Below, piece after piece: positions 46,381-57,673 of a DNA stretch of 64,000 nucleotides; positions within the stretch are counted from its first letter, which is position 1; each line of letters starts with the position of its first letter. Position numbers and translations under genes: made by a program. The notes under the pieces are model-generated. The model ran no database searches, was not told the DNA's origin, and saw nothing but the letters and a program-made list of their open reading frames with translations. This DNA comes from Ranitomeya imitator (Eukaryota): NCBI RefSeq assembly GCF_032444005.1, contig NC_091284.1:102052001-102116000 (forward strand), read 5' to 3'.

Positions 46381-49300
46381 TAGTTGTGTTATTACTGGTT
46401 AGGTCCCTGAGATGTTCCGATATTCTAATTTTAAGTTTCCTCATTGTGCATCCTATATAAGAGATTTTACAAGATTATTTGTGTCAGTTTACAAATTCCT
46501 TTATTTGATATGTTTTCGTTCCCTCTGTGTTTTGGAAAGTATTATTTATTTTCGCATTGCGGCATGTGCTGCAAGCAGCAGTGCCGCATTTGTAAAAACC
46601 CCTACATTGTAGCCATGTTTTAGATTCGGGTTGATAAGCAAAGCAGTTAGGGAAAGGGAGCTACCAATAGATGGTGCTCTTCTGGCCACTATATTTAATC
46701 CTTCTTTTAGGATATCTGCAAGGCTATCGTCTTCCCGTAAAATGGGTAATCTATTTAAAACTATATTTTTGATTTCGTTAAATTGGATACTGTATTGGAA
46801 ACAGACATATGGTTTATTTTTTCTGTTCTTTTTTGCCTTTTTACTATCTGCACTGGGTACGAGCAAGCTACCTCTGGATTTATTATTAACTATTTGATGC
46901 GCTCTGTCTAGAGTCCATTTAGGATATTTTCGTTTTTGTAATTTATGTAATTCGTCACTTCTTTCCTTCATGTCACTACAGTTTCTTTTCAGCCTTGTGT
47001 ATTCACCTACCGGAATGGATTTAATGGTGTGTTTGGGGTGACTGCTTTTCGCATGTAGTACTGTGTTTCCACTTAAAGGTTTCAGATGTGTTTTGCTTCC
47101 TATGACTTGATTGATAGTCCCCACCAAATCCAAATCCAGAAAAGAAATTCGATTGCTGGCCCATTTATAGGTAAATTTAATACCGTATTCATTTTTATTA
47201 ATGTATTCTATGAAGTCTGGTACGGCAGATACTCTGCCCCCCCAAATAATTAGGATGTCATCTATGTATCTGCCGTACCAGACAAGAGACTCGATAAAGG
47301 GATTGTTCACATTATAGATGTATTTACACTCCCAATATGCCATTGTGAGATTGCTAAAGAGGGGGAGTATTTAGCCCCCATTGGAACTCCTGTCTTTTGT
47401 TTATAGACCACACCATCAAAAGAAAAAATGTTGTGCTTTGGAAGGAAAAAAGTGACTTGTAAAACAAAATTTGTAAGATCCTGAGTACAAGAACTGTGAT
47501 ATTCCAGATGGAATTGAAGCGCCTCCATTGCTAATGTGTGTGGTATACATGTGTATAGTGATATAACATCACAGCTCAGCCATGAGTAGTTGTTATGCCA
47601 TATTTCATTTGAGAAAGTTTTTAACACTTCTCTCGAGTCTTTAATATAGCCTGGCAATTTCACCACTAGCGGCTGCAAAATGGAGTCTACCCACTCACAT
47701 AAATGCTCACTCATTGAGCCTATGCCAGATACAATGGGTCTCATTGCTGGTATACCTTCACTTTTGTGTACTTTTGGCAGACCCTACAATGTGGGCATTT
47801 TCGGATGCGACACATATATATAGTCTACCTGTTTTTTATTGAGGACACCAAGCTCTAAGCCCTCGTTCACAATGATGTTGATTTCTTCATTATATTTTTT
47901 AGTAGGATTTCCTTTTAGTTTTTCATATGTTTCATTATCATTCAGTAAATCTAATATTTTGTCCCTATAATCTTCCTTATTAATAACTACTATCGTGCCC
48001 CCCTTGTCACTTCTTTTGATGACAATGTTTTTCATTTCTTTTAATTCTGCAAGGGCTTTTTTTTGATTGAATGAAAGATTATTTTGTTTTTTATTTTTTG
48101 TCATTTTGGTTTTGTCATCTTTTAATAATTTTAGATCTTTCTCAATCATTTCTTGGAATTTGTCCAAACATTCCACCCTGGATTGAATAGGGTAGAAATA
48201 GGGATTTTTAGTACTGAATGATATAGACTGATTAACTTTAATATTATTTTCAATATCAGGTGTAGATAGACTTTGTAAGCAAGTGAGCGCAAGTTGTTCT
48301 TTAAAGTCCATGCTCTCATATTCATTTATTATGTGGTCTTCATTTTCTGTGATTGTCTCTTCATTATTCGTAACAAAATGTTTTTTCACTGTTAAGTTGT
48401 GGACAAATTTATTCACATCCAATATAGTCATGAACAGGTTAAATTCAGTGTCTGGAACAAAATTTAATCCCAAGGATAAGACATCTAGTTGATCCTTTGA
48501 TAGTTCTTGTGATGACAAATTAATAACATTATTTTCCGTTTTCCCTTGTATCTGGTGGAAATTTTTGGCGTTTTTGTTATGTTTTCTTCCACCTCGTCTC
48601 TTCCGTTTTTTGATGGTCTATATGATCTTTTTCTGTTTTCCCACGTATTGCTTTCCAGGGAAATGTCCGATGTATTGGAGTTGGTGTCTGATGATTCAGC
48701 ATCTGACGAGGTGAAGTTTACCTGCGGTTTGTTGATCGTTTTTTTATGAGCTGAGCGGGTTTTCAGTATAGATCTGGGGGATTTATAGATTTTATCCCAC
48801 TGGCCCCAATCATATACGTTGTCTGAGGCATAGTCATTTAGATCTCTTTCAAACTTTCATTTTTTTTGTGCCATAATCTCAGTTTCCAGTGTACCGATAT
48901 TTTGTTTCATTTTTGTTAATGCTGGTTCAAACTGGGATAAGTCTTTATATTTGTCAATAGAGGTGTTCAATTCTTCTATATTTTTTTGAGTTTCACTCAA
49001 CTTTAGTTCGTCATATTTTATAAGCAATTTCATTAGGTTCAGGGAACAATTAGTTAACACCTGATTCCACTCTGTTTTGAAACCATCAGAATAGATCACA
49101 GTGGATATTTTTTTAATCCTTAATCCCCGTGTGACCATGTCTTTAGCCAAGTAATTTTGCAATGTGGTATTGTTCCACCAGATTTTCATTTCTTGTATAG
49201 ATAGTTTTTCCAGCTCTATCAACTGCGAGAAAAAATCAGGGTTTTCCGCTGTAATGCTGTTCAGACTGCTGAAGACCTGTGCGGCCTTAGCTGATCTGTC

Positions 49301-50034
49301 TATAGTGTTCATAGTGACTTCAAAATTTTATTTCTAGCATTCACAATAAAATTTGTTAGCAGGATATGATCAGGAGACTACGGCAAAGTCCAAATGTGTA
49401 AATAACAAAATAGAAAAAATGCGGCTAATGTTAACAGATTCTTCCACCTGTTGTAAATCTCTGCAGCTACTCCAGAGTGACCATGAATTTCTTGGCTGCG
49501 TCTCTAATTAGTGTTCTCCTCACATGGGATGTCAGTTTAGGTGGGCGGCTATGTCTTGGTAGGTTTGCAATTGGGCCATACTTCCATTTTTGGATGATGG
49601 ATTGAACAGTGCTCTGTGAGATGTTCAAAGCTTGGGCTATTGTTTTCTAACCTAACCCTACTTTACTATTCTACACAACTTTATCCCTGGCCTGTCTGGT
49701 GTGTTTCTTGGTTTTCATGATGCTGTTTGCGCCCTAATGTTCTTAGACAAAACTCTGAGGCCTTCACAAAACAGCTACTGTTATACTGAGCATCATGGCA
49801 GTAATTTGAATGCCTTATCATCTCCACCCTACTCACCGTTTCAGGCCATTTTGCTGAGTGTTCCTCTTAGAGCACTCCATAACACTTCTGCATCTGCAAG
49901 ATTTTTCCATTTGGCTTTAGAGGGGTCTGGATGGTCTCTGCAGGAATTTAACCCTGCTGTATACTGCAGAGATTAGGTTCCCTGGCCAATCCCATGCCAG
50001 CAGGGTCTATATTAGGCAGCTCCTCCCACCATTT

Positions 50035-51097
50035 TGTCATGCTGGTGGATCATGAACTCACTGTGCAATGGGCCTAGCTTACCCTGGAGGGGCATGGCTA
50101 AGATAGTACCTGGTTTTCACTAGAGCCACTGATAGTGGAGTTAGGCTTGATCTGTAGGTAGCAGCTAGGTACCATTCCAAGGCAGTACCTGGTACTGTGG
50201 TAGGTGATCCCAAGGGTCAAAATAGCAGTTATGGAGATGGGCTAGAAGTCACAGGCAGGATAGGATTTGGCACGGACAGAACAGGATGATCAGCCAGGAC
50301 AGACTCAGGGTTTAGGAGAGACAGGTTCTGGATCACTGGTAGATAATGCAGGTTCAGAAAGGATGGGTTTAGGATACAGGATCAGGTTCAGGAATAGGTT
50401 CCGATACAGACCGGACCAGTTAAGCAACCGACACTTGACAACTGGCTAGTTGAACAACTATTAACTAGAAAACTAATGTTGCTTAGACCTCCCTTTAGGG
50501 GAAGGTACCTTTGATGCTTGATGCCTCCCAGCTATTGTCTGGTGACATTTCCAGGAGTGCGCACACTGCCCTTTTAAGAAATGAGAAGTATGTGCATGCC
50601 CTAAGCGAGCAGCTGGGGGACCTCAGAGCAGGAAGCAAAGGCAGAAGGAGAGACCACTGAACAGCCATGGTGATAAGTATGGTGGCATCCCTGCCAGAAG
50701 CAGTGAGAGGAGCCATGCTGGGACAATTATACTGGTACCTGTTTATGCATATCTCTGTAGCCTGCTTCACATTATCGACCTGGTTAGTTTTCCCGTTTTG
50801 TTTGACTTCTCCATCACTTACTCTGGCTTTGTATTGTGAACCCCTGCTGCCGGCCTCGACCTCAACCTGTCTGACTACGCTTCTGTCTCTCTTTCCTGTA
50901 CATTGTACCCGTGCCTCTGACCCTCCGGTTGGCTGCTGCAGTCCTGGGGACTTTCCTGGAGTGGTACATGGTGTCTACTGGCAGCCCAGCCCTTCCTCAC
51001 CATCTGAGGTCCTAGTAAAGACCCAGTAGACACTTAGTCAAGCCCCTATGGTAAGCCCAGCCCATGGTGCAGTGAATCCACACCTACAAGTGTTACA
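50035..51097. mobile_element. Unclassified TG...CA element with diverged inverted halves
   Basis: 50040-50140 resembles the reverse complement of about 51000-51095 (tcactgtgcaatgggcctagcttacc versus tcactgcaccatgggctgggcttacc). No clean TSD. Confidence 0.45.
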
Positions 51098-51862
51098 CTG
51101 AAAATAAATTACACAAAGGTGGAGTTACTTGCTTATTATGTGACTTCTGGAGGCAAGTGGTCACTCAGGATTTTATTTAAGGGTATCAGGAGGCTGAATA
51201 CAAATGCAGGTCACATTTTTCAAATTTATGTTTTCAAAAACAATTCTAAAGCCATGTATAATTTCCTTTACACTTCATAAATACTGTCTGCTTTGTGTTG
51301 GTATATCACATAAAAACCCAAGAAAATATATTTAAGCTTGTGGGTGTGCCATCAAAAAAAGTGGAAAAGTTCACAGGGTATGAATACATTTTCAATGCAT
51401 TGGTTACCGATAAATAATAGAATCAGATATGCAGACTTAATGTGGGATTTCTCAAATTCACAGATGCTGTCAGCGCTTGCACTTGTAGAAAGATAGGTTG
51501 TCCAGCAATTGAAATTCAAATATTTCATCTTTACTGAAGCACTATTAAAAATATTTCAGAGAGGTTCCAGACACATAACATGCCAGTTTGACCCAGACAA
51601 GTGTATGGAACCATATTATAATATTTCTTAATCATGCATTCATAAAGAAGAAATATTCTAATTTCAAATTGCAGACTATCAAGCTTTAAGTAAGTAGGTA
51701 TGTATAATGCTAGTTGCATTACTTGTTAATGCAGATTTTCATATGTTGATTGGACTAGATCTAACTGTGCTGTGCATACCAAAAGATAAGCAAACAGCAT
51801 ACACGTCTTCCTGACGCAAGATAATATAGCAGAGCATAGTTCTTAACAAAAATAGTACTTAC

Positions 51863-51964
51863 GGTTGCTTGCAACACCAAAGGCAATGGTAGAAGAAGAA
51901 TTGGGAGCAGAAATATAATAAAGTATTTTCTGTTTGCTAGAATCCATTTGCCAGTGGACCCCAT
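51863..51964 (-). CDS. slc13a2: slc13a2 coding exon 1 (MGSTGKWILANRKYFIIFLLPILLLPLPLVLQAT)
   Basis: ORF 51761..51964 begins with an SLC13A2-type N-terminus (compare Xenopus NaDC MVSIGKWILANRNYFIIFL, from memory). A GTAAGT donor follows codon 34 (51857-51862), phase 0, joining in frame to the exon at 777-905. Confidence 0.93.
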
Positions 51965-52641
51965 ATTGTGAGAAAATAGTTGTACTAAAGGGAAGACACG
52001 TCTCTAGCATGCATTCATAGAAGTAGCTAGTATGTAATTCATAGATGAAGCTCCTATGTAATTGTGGGTGTATCATTAGTCCTGCACTATACTTATCTGC
52101 CAGAGAGGAAGGCGGTGACATCAGGAAGACTATATGGTAATCACTCCAGGAACAGGTAACAAGCCTTGTGAGAAGTTAACTGTTTTTTTGGTCATAAACC
52201 ACTGTCAATAATTCTTAGATAATTGCCTGTACTGTGTACTCTCTAATCCTTCTGTCTTCCTTATCAATTAATTATATTTAAAGTTTAGATTTATTAGTAG
52301 AGTGGTTTTAAATACAGAAAATAGTGCAAATGTTTCTCAGTAGCCTACATGGTTATAGATAAAGCATTTAGCAAAGACGTCATCCGTATTGCGATTCTAA
52401 AGTCAATTCAAGGCAGTGAAAAACAGTAGAAACCTTCAGTTAGTCTTGCCAAAATACTTGCACTATTAGTCAAGCGCACCTCGCTGTGGTATGTGTAGTA
52501 AATGCCATGTCTCACGACGCACTGAGGAGGTAGGGGTGTCCAGCTAGGAAGCTAGTGAGATGGGCGGTTGCCTGTCTTTCACACTTGCAGAACTATGGTG
52601 AAAAATAATTTTTTGTGGGGTCCATTGGACCTAATTAAAAA
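51965..52641 (-). promoter_or_regulatory. slc13a2: Putative slc13a2 5'UTR and proximal promoter (non-repetitive island)
   Basis: The only stretch upstream of the ATG that I do not recognise as repeat before TEs resume at 52642. It contains GGTCATAAA (52190-52198, Cdx/posterior-Hox-like) and GATA-type motifs. The transcription start site is not identifiable. Confidence 0.45.
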
Positions 52642-52821
52642 TTAAAAGGAACCTGTCACCTGTTTCAAGCTGCTCTAACCACGGGCAGGATGAATCAGAG
52701 CCTAGCTGCACCATTACAGAAGGGTATATTTTTCTCTGAAACACTCAGGTATTTCAGAGAAGATAAACGCTAAAGGGCTGGTCAGGGACCATAGCTGGAG
52801 AAGAAATTAGTCTGGCGCTGT

Positions 52822-54016
52822 TGTAGCGCCCCCAGATGCAGGGCCGAGGGGTACTCGGTACCGGTCCTCTCTGTCTCGGTTCTTGGGTTGTCACGGTGGC
52901 TGGACCCGGTCCGTGACCCTGCTAAGGGGCGTCCAATGAAAGGTGATGCAAGTTTGTCAAGGTCTCGTGACGCCACCTGTGGTGTTCGGTCAGGGTGACC
53001 GACGCTGCTTGGGGTCCACTGGGGTTATGTAATGGCAGCTAGATGGTATACCTTCCCACAGGTGAAGTATATCCCCAGGGCTTCCCAGTAGTGTAGGTGG
53101 TGATGATGCGAGGTGCGGTTAATAACGAGGACACAGGGTTGCAGTCTCTTTACCTTTTTACTGAAGGCTTCGGGATCCGCAATCCAGAGCACTGTTAACA
53201 GGGCTGGCTGAGACCGGCCAGTCCGAAGGCACATCCAGAGTTCCCTTTGCAGGTGGAAATCGTTGCCTACCAACTAGCGTCTGTGTGTTGTAGTCCTTCC
53301 ATGCTGAGCACCACGGGATAGTCCTCACAACTTTCGTATCAGTTCTTTCTCTTCTTCGTCCCCCAAGTTTATCTGGCTAGGACGCACCCGTATGACGGGT
53401 AGGCTCGGAGCTATTCTGGGACCCTAGAGACGCCCCTCTCCACGTTTGCCCCCTATGTCTGCTTAGGTGATTTAAGGTAGACAGCCAACCTGTAATCAAC
53501 TGTCCTGCCGCTGTTTGAAGTAATGCCTGGAGTCATTTACTTCCTCGGCATTCCAGCCACTGGCTACGCGCCTCAGTAGGATGTTGCCGATCTCGAGGCA
53601 CAACTCCTACTGGTTCTATCTCCTTGTGCTGTGATCTCGTTTCTCACTTCTCCATAATATACTTCGCTTCGTGTCCTTTCTTAGGATGCCGCCGCAGGGT
53701 AGCGCAGGCGCGGCTCCGTCACATTCTGTCCTATCTGCTAGGTCCCTGCCAGGAACCCACCCCTGACAGGTCCTCCCTAGAGCTCTCCCAGGTTGCTTTC
53801 TGACCTAATTTCCTATCGAACCCCCAGTTTTACCAGAGTGTGAGGAGTGGCCTAATACATAGTGCCTTTTGCTCCCCCTGGTGGCCGGAGTGTGAAGTGT
53901 AATGTGTGACTGTGATACCCGGTCAGGTGAACTCCTTTAGTGCAATCAGACATAACATCACTCCCCTTAGTGGCCGAGCGACATTACTGCAACAACCAGG
54001 ACTCTGGGGCGCTGCA
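52822..54016. mobile_element. Solo LTR-like element (1195 bp)
   Basis: tgtagcgcccc...ggggcgctgca terminal inverted repeat with TG...CA ends; the TSD is not clean. Confidence 0.7.
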
Positions 54017-54040
54017 CTACTGTTTATCAAAGCTCTAGGT

Positions 54041-54226
54041 CAGTGTTTCTCAACTCCAGTCCTCAAGACCCACCAACAGGTCATGTTTTCAGATTTTCCT
54101 TAGTATTGCACAGGTGTTAATTTCACCACCTGCTCAAGCAATAATTCCATCACCTATGCAAAACTAAGGAAATCCTGAAAACATGACCTGTTGGTGGGTC
54201 TTGAGGACTGGAGTTGAGAAACACTG
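54041..54226. mobile_element. hAT-type MITE (186 bp)
   Basis: TIR cagtgtttctcaactccagtcctcaagacccaccaacagg; perfect TSD CTCTAGGT. Confidence 0.92.
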
Positions 54227-54644
54227 CTCTAGGTGATTGAGAGGTCACACACAAATGGGAGAAACTTGTCAGTCACCTGCAGCGGCATTAGGAATGTCCA
54301 GTGGAGGAGGCACAGGACTAGTCTCATCTCCAAGCATGTTCCTATTCTCAGTCTTCCTGGTTTTATTCTCCACTTAACCCACCATTTTGTGATTGACTGA
54401 TAGATCACAGAGTGTGCAGTCAAGCCACTGAGATATTAGTCAAGCAGAGGAAGGCGTGGATGGGTAAGAAAGCCAGGGAGGCAGAGGATTGGGAATTGCT
54501 TTGACACATCATTTGCATACAAAAAAAATAGCAATTTCTATCTTAGGGAGCAAGAGATTTCATTAGTAAAGGTGTGGATAACATTATCTTTCAAAGAACA
54601 ACCATATAAACAGTTTGTAGATTAAGTCGACAGATTCCCTTTAA

Positions 54645-55626
54645 CGCCTTTTCGGATGCAGCCTATTTTTGTTTCTGTAGTTTTGTTTTTTCCTCCCCTT
54701 ATTCCAAAAGCTATAACTTTTTAAAATTTTTCCGTCCACTTAGACATCTGATGGCTTGTTTTATTTGCAGGACAAATTGTGCTTTTCAATAAAATAATTT
54801 ATTTTACTATACAATGTACTGGAAAATGTTAAATTGCAAATTTTGTTTTTTTACGGCATTCATGGTGTATTAACAATGACATAGCATCATCATGAGTATG
54901 ATTACGGTTACACCAAACTTAACTTGTCCAGTTTTTTTTATATAATTTTATTGGTGAAAAAAATTAGGAAATTTGTAAAAAAACAAAAAACCCTCAAACC
55001 CGATTTTTTATTGTGTCGCCATTTTCTGAGACCCAAGATTTTTTATTTTTCCATCAGTTAAACTGTGTGAAAGCTTGTTTTTTTTGCATAGCAAGCTGAC
55101 ATTTTTATTAATGTTGTTTCGGTACAGTTGTGGTGTATTGATATGATATTTTGATGTTTTCAGCTTTTTATTGCATTTTCTTAAGGCTAGTTTGTCATTC
55201 TGATTCTTTTTCTCTTTATGATGTTTATCAGTCGTATTCATTAATTTACATTGTTTATACACAAGACTTTTAAGTATGCAGCAATACCACATATGTGTAT
55301 TTTTTATATTATCTTTATTTTTAATGGTTGGGGAAAAGAGTGGATTCAAATGTTTGTTTTTTTAATTCATTTTTTATTTTATTTGAGCCCCTTTGGGGGT
55401 TTGAATCTGTGATCGTCTGATCACATATACTGTACTATATACAGAAATACTTTGATTTTTAATATTTACTGGTCTCTGTTAGCCCATCCATAAAGTACGT
55501 TCCAAAGAAGCACCGCAATGGCCGGCGCAAAAGTCTTCATCAGTCTTCTGGTTATCATAGCATCCCATTGGCACCCCGCAATTGTTTAAATGTCACTGTC
55601 ACTGATTGACAGCTGCTCTTAAGTGG
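54645..55626. mobile_element. Short TTAA-type non-autonomous element
   Basis: TTAA|cgcctttt ... aagtgg|TTAA; the interior resembles 33800-34430. Confidence 0.55.
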
Positions 55627-56035
55627 TTAACAGTTTTGTTACGGAAAAAACAAGTATTAGGCTGGTTTCACATTTGCGTTTTTTGGCGCTGCGTTTTAGC
55701 GCAAAAAAAGCATGCATTTTTTCCCCTATATTTAACATTAAAAATGCATGCGGTTTTTTTGTATGCATTTTGCCGCATTTGATGACGCATGTGTCGTTTC
55801 TCTGCTTACGTTTTGATGCAGAAATGCAACATGTAGTAATTTCTAGAGGCGCTTTTTTGGCGCAAAAAAAGGGCATGGTTTTTTTTGCGGCAAAAAAACG
55901 TATTGCTGTCTATGTAAACGCATGCATTTTTAGCACGTGCGTTTGGTTGCGTTTTTAAACGCATGCTTTTCCATAGAAAAAAACAAGTCTACACACTGAT
56001 AAGCCACCCCCCACCATCAAGTTGATAAAGGGATC

Positions 56036-56432
56036 CAAACCCTATCCCTAATCCTAACCCTAACCCTAACCCCCCACCATCAAGGTGATAAAGGGATCCT
56101 AACCCTAACCCTAGGGATCCAAACCCTAACCCTAATCATAACCCTAACCCTTACCCCCCACCATCAAGGTCAGGGGTGTCAAACTGCATTCCTCAAGGGC
56201 TGCAAACAGGTCATGTTTTCTGGATTTCCTTGTATTACACAGGTGATAATTTAATCACCTACACACAAAATGATTCCAGCACCTTGTTCAATGCTAAGGA
56301 AATCCTGAAAACATGACCTGTTTGCGGCCCTTGAGGAATGCAGTTTGACACCCCTGATCAAGGTGATAAAGGGATCCTAACCCTAACCCTAACCCCAACC
56401 CTAGGGATCCAAACCCTAACCCTAATCCTAAC
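56036..56432 (+). repeat. Degenerate (CCCTAA)n blocks interspersed with a gataaagggatcc unit
   Basis: Visible directly. Confidence 0.85.
56171..56356. mobile_element. hAT-type MITE (186 bp)
   Basis: TIR caggggtgtcaaactgcattcctcaaggg; perfect TSD ATCAAGGT; core shared with 54041-54226. Confidence 0.92.
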
Positions 56433-57673
56433 TACTATCAGAAGTTACTGCACAGTTGCGGCATAGTGATATGTAGCAGAGTTATAGTACTCAGTTAGGG
56501 AGCTTACCCATAATATAGTACAAAGCCGGACCCGTGTCACGCCGCCACCGACGCGCGTTTCGCTGCTCTTTTTCAAGGTGCGTGTTGGGGACAGCTTCCC
56601 ATGAAAAACTATGAGCACTATGCACTTTATGCTTTGATACCACCTGCCGGTATACCTGTGGCTGCCCTTACCCTGTATTTGTAAACTGTTGTCAGTTGTC
56701 ACAATTGTATTTATTATTAATTATGGATTGAATAAAGTATTATGTACGTTTTTACAAACTTTGGACTGAGTACTCCAATTGTTCTTCTGGGTATATATAT
56801 TGTTCTGCAGCCTAATGATGGTGTCCAAAAAGTTCATTTCAGTGCAGGAGTAGTTGAGTGTCAAGTTGATGGTAGGATGAAATTGATTAAACTGTTCATG
56901 GAACGTCTTTAGCTGCGGTTCAGACTCTGTCCAGATGATTAAAATGTCATCAATGTAGCGGTAGTAGGCCAGAGGCCTGATGGGACATGAGGACAAAAAG
57001 TCACTTTCAAGCTTGGCCATGAAAAGATTTGCATACTGTGGGGCCATTTTACTCCCCATTGCTATGCCAGTCTCCTGTAGATAGATCTTCTTGTCAAATT
57101 CAAAGTAATTGTGGGTGAGGATGAATTTTATAAGTTTTACCACAGAATTTGCATCGGTCCCTGTGTTTTCCAGGAAGAATTTGCAGGCATTTATTCCATC
57201 CTGGTGTGGAATATTGGAGTACAAAGATTCCACATCCATGGTGGCCAGGATGGTTCCTTTTGGTAGAGGACCTATTGCTGATAGTTTATTCAATAGGTCA
57301 GTTGTGTCCTGAATGAAGCTGGGTGTATCCTTTACCAGTGGTTTAAGAATACCCTTAACCATCCAGATACCTGCTCAGTAAGAGTGCCCACACATGAGAT
57401 AATTGGTCTTCCTGGTTTGTGGATTTTGGGAAGCATGTAGAATGTCCCTGTTCTTGGACTTTCTGGTATCAGGTCATTGGCTCTTATGGATTCGTCGGGC
57501 AGACAAGATACCAACTTGTTTAGCTCCTTGTAATAATCCTGTGTAGGATCCGACTCCAATTTTTTGTAGTAGCGTGTGTCCATAAGTTGTCTGTTTGCTT
57601 CCTTCAAATAGTCTGATGTGTTCATCATGACTATTGCACCTCCCTTGTCAGCAGGTTTGATGATGATTTCTTG
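56433..57673 (-). mobile_element. Second Penelope-like element: 5'-truncated RT fused to a pLTR, GIY-YIG absent
   Basis: IIIKPADKGG, PKIHKPGRPIISC, MDVESLYSNIPH, GIAMGSKMAPQYANLFM, YYRYIDD, NFLD. The homology stops at about 56800 and an AT-rich, hammerhead-bearing tail follows. Confidence 0.9.
56546..56580 (-). ncRNA. Minimal type-I hammerhead motif, U3-A8 variant
   Basis: CACC UUGAAAA A GAGCAGC GAAA CGCGCG UC GGUG: 4-bp stem I, rudimentary stem II, palindromic ACGCGCGU. Confidence 0.6.

Larger units (their letters stand above)
45077..49430 (-). mobile_element. Near-full-length Penelope-like element (Neptune-type: N-terminal extension, RT, Cys linker, GIY-YIG) with 3' pLTR
   Basis: Fragments: 48857-49312 N-terminus; VIKRSDKGG; MRPIVSG; CDVISLYT; GVPMGAKYSP; YGRYIDD; frameshifted GFYKCGTAACSTC; SYIGCTMRKLKIRISEH; HF...REAFWIYNLQTRYPFGLN ending at 45567. 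Identical 32-nt direct repeat at 45083-45114 and 49399-49430. Confidence 0.93.
43200..51400 (-). mobile_element. Old Tc1 element fragmented by nested insertions
   Basis: Pieces at about 43200-43273, 44258-45076, 49431-49790 and 51098-51400. KVLWSDETKV and HGGGSIMLW-like motifs in ORFs 44775-45137 and 44611-44814. 44262-44345 is the inverse of 51270-51340. Outer limits are approximate. Confidence 0.75.
906..51862 (-). other. slc13a2: slc13a2 intron 1 (GT-AG, 50,957 bp), largely transposon-derived
   Basis: Defined by the exon 1 donor and exon 2 acceptor. I found no other SLC13-like exon between them. Confidence 0.88.
52646..54640. mobile_element. T2-type MITE expanded by nested insertions
   Basis: TTAA|aaggaacctgtc ... 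gacagattccct|TTAA. Confidence 0.75.

Noticed and set aside
56495-56515. pLTR ATGG|GTAAG as an alternative first exon for slc13a2
   Set aside because: The donor is phase 1 relative to that ATG while exon 2 is phase 0, so it would be out of frame. There is no supporting evidence.
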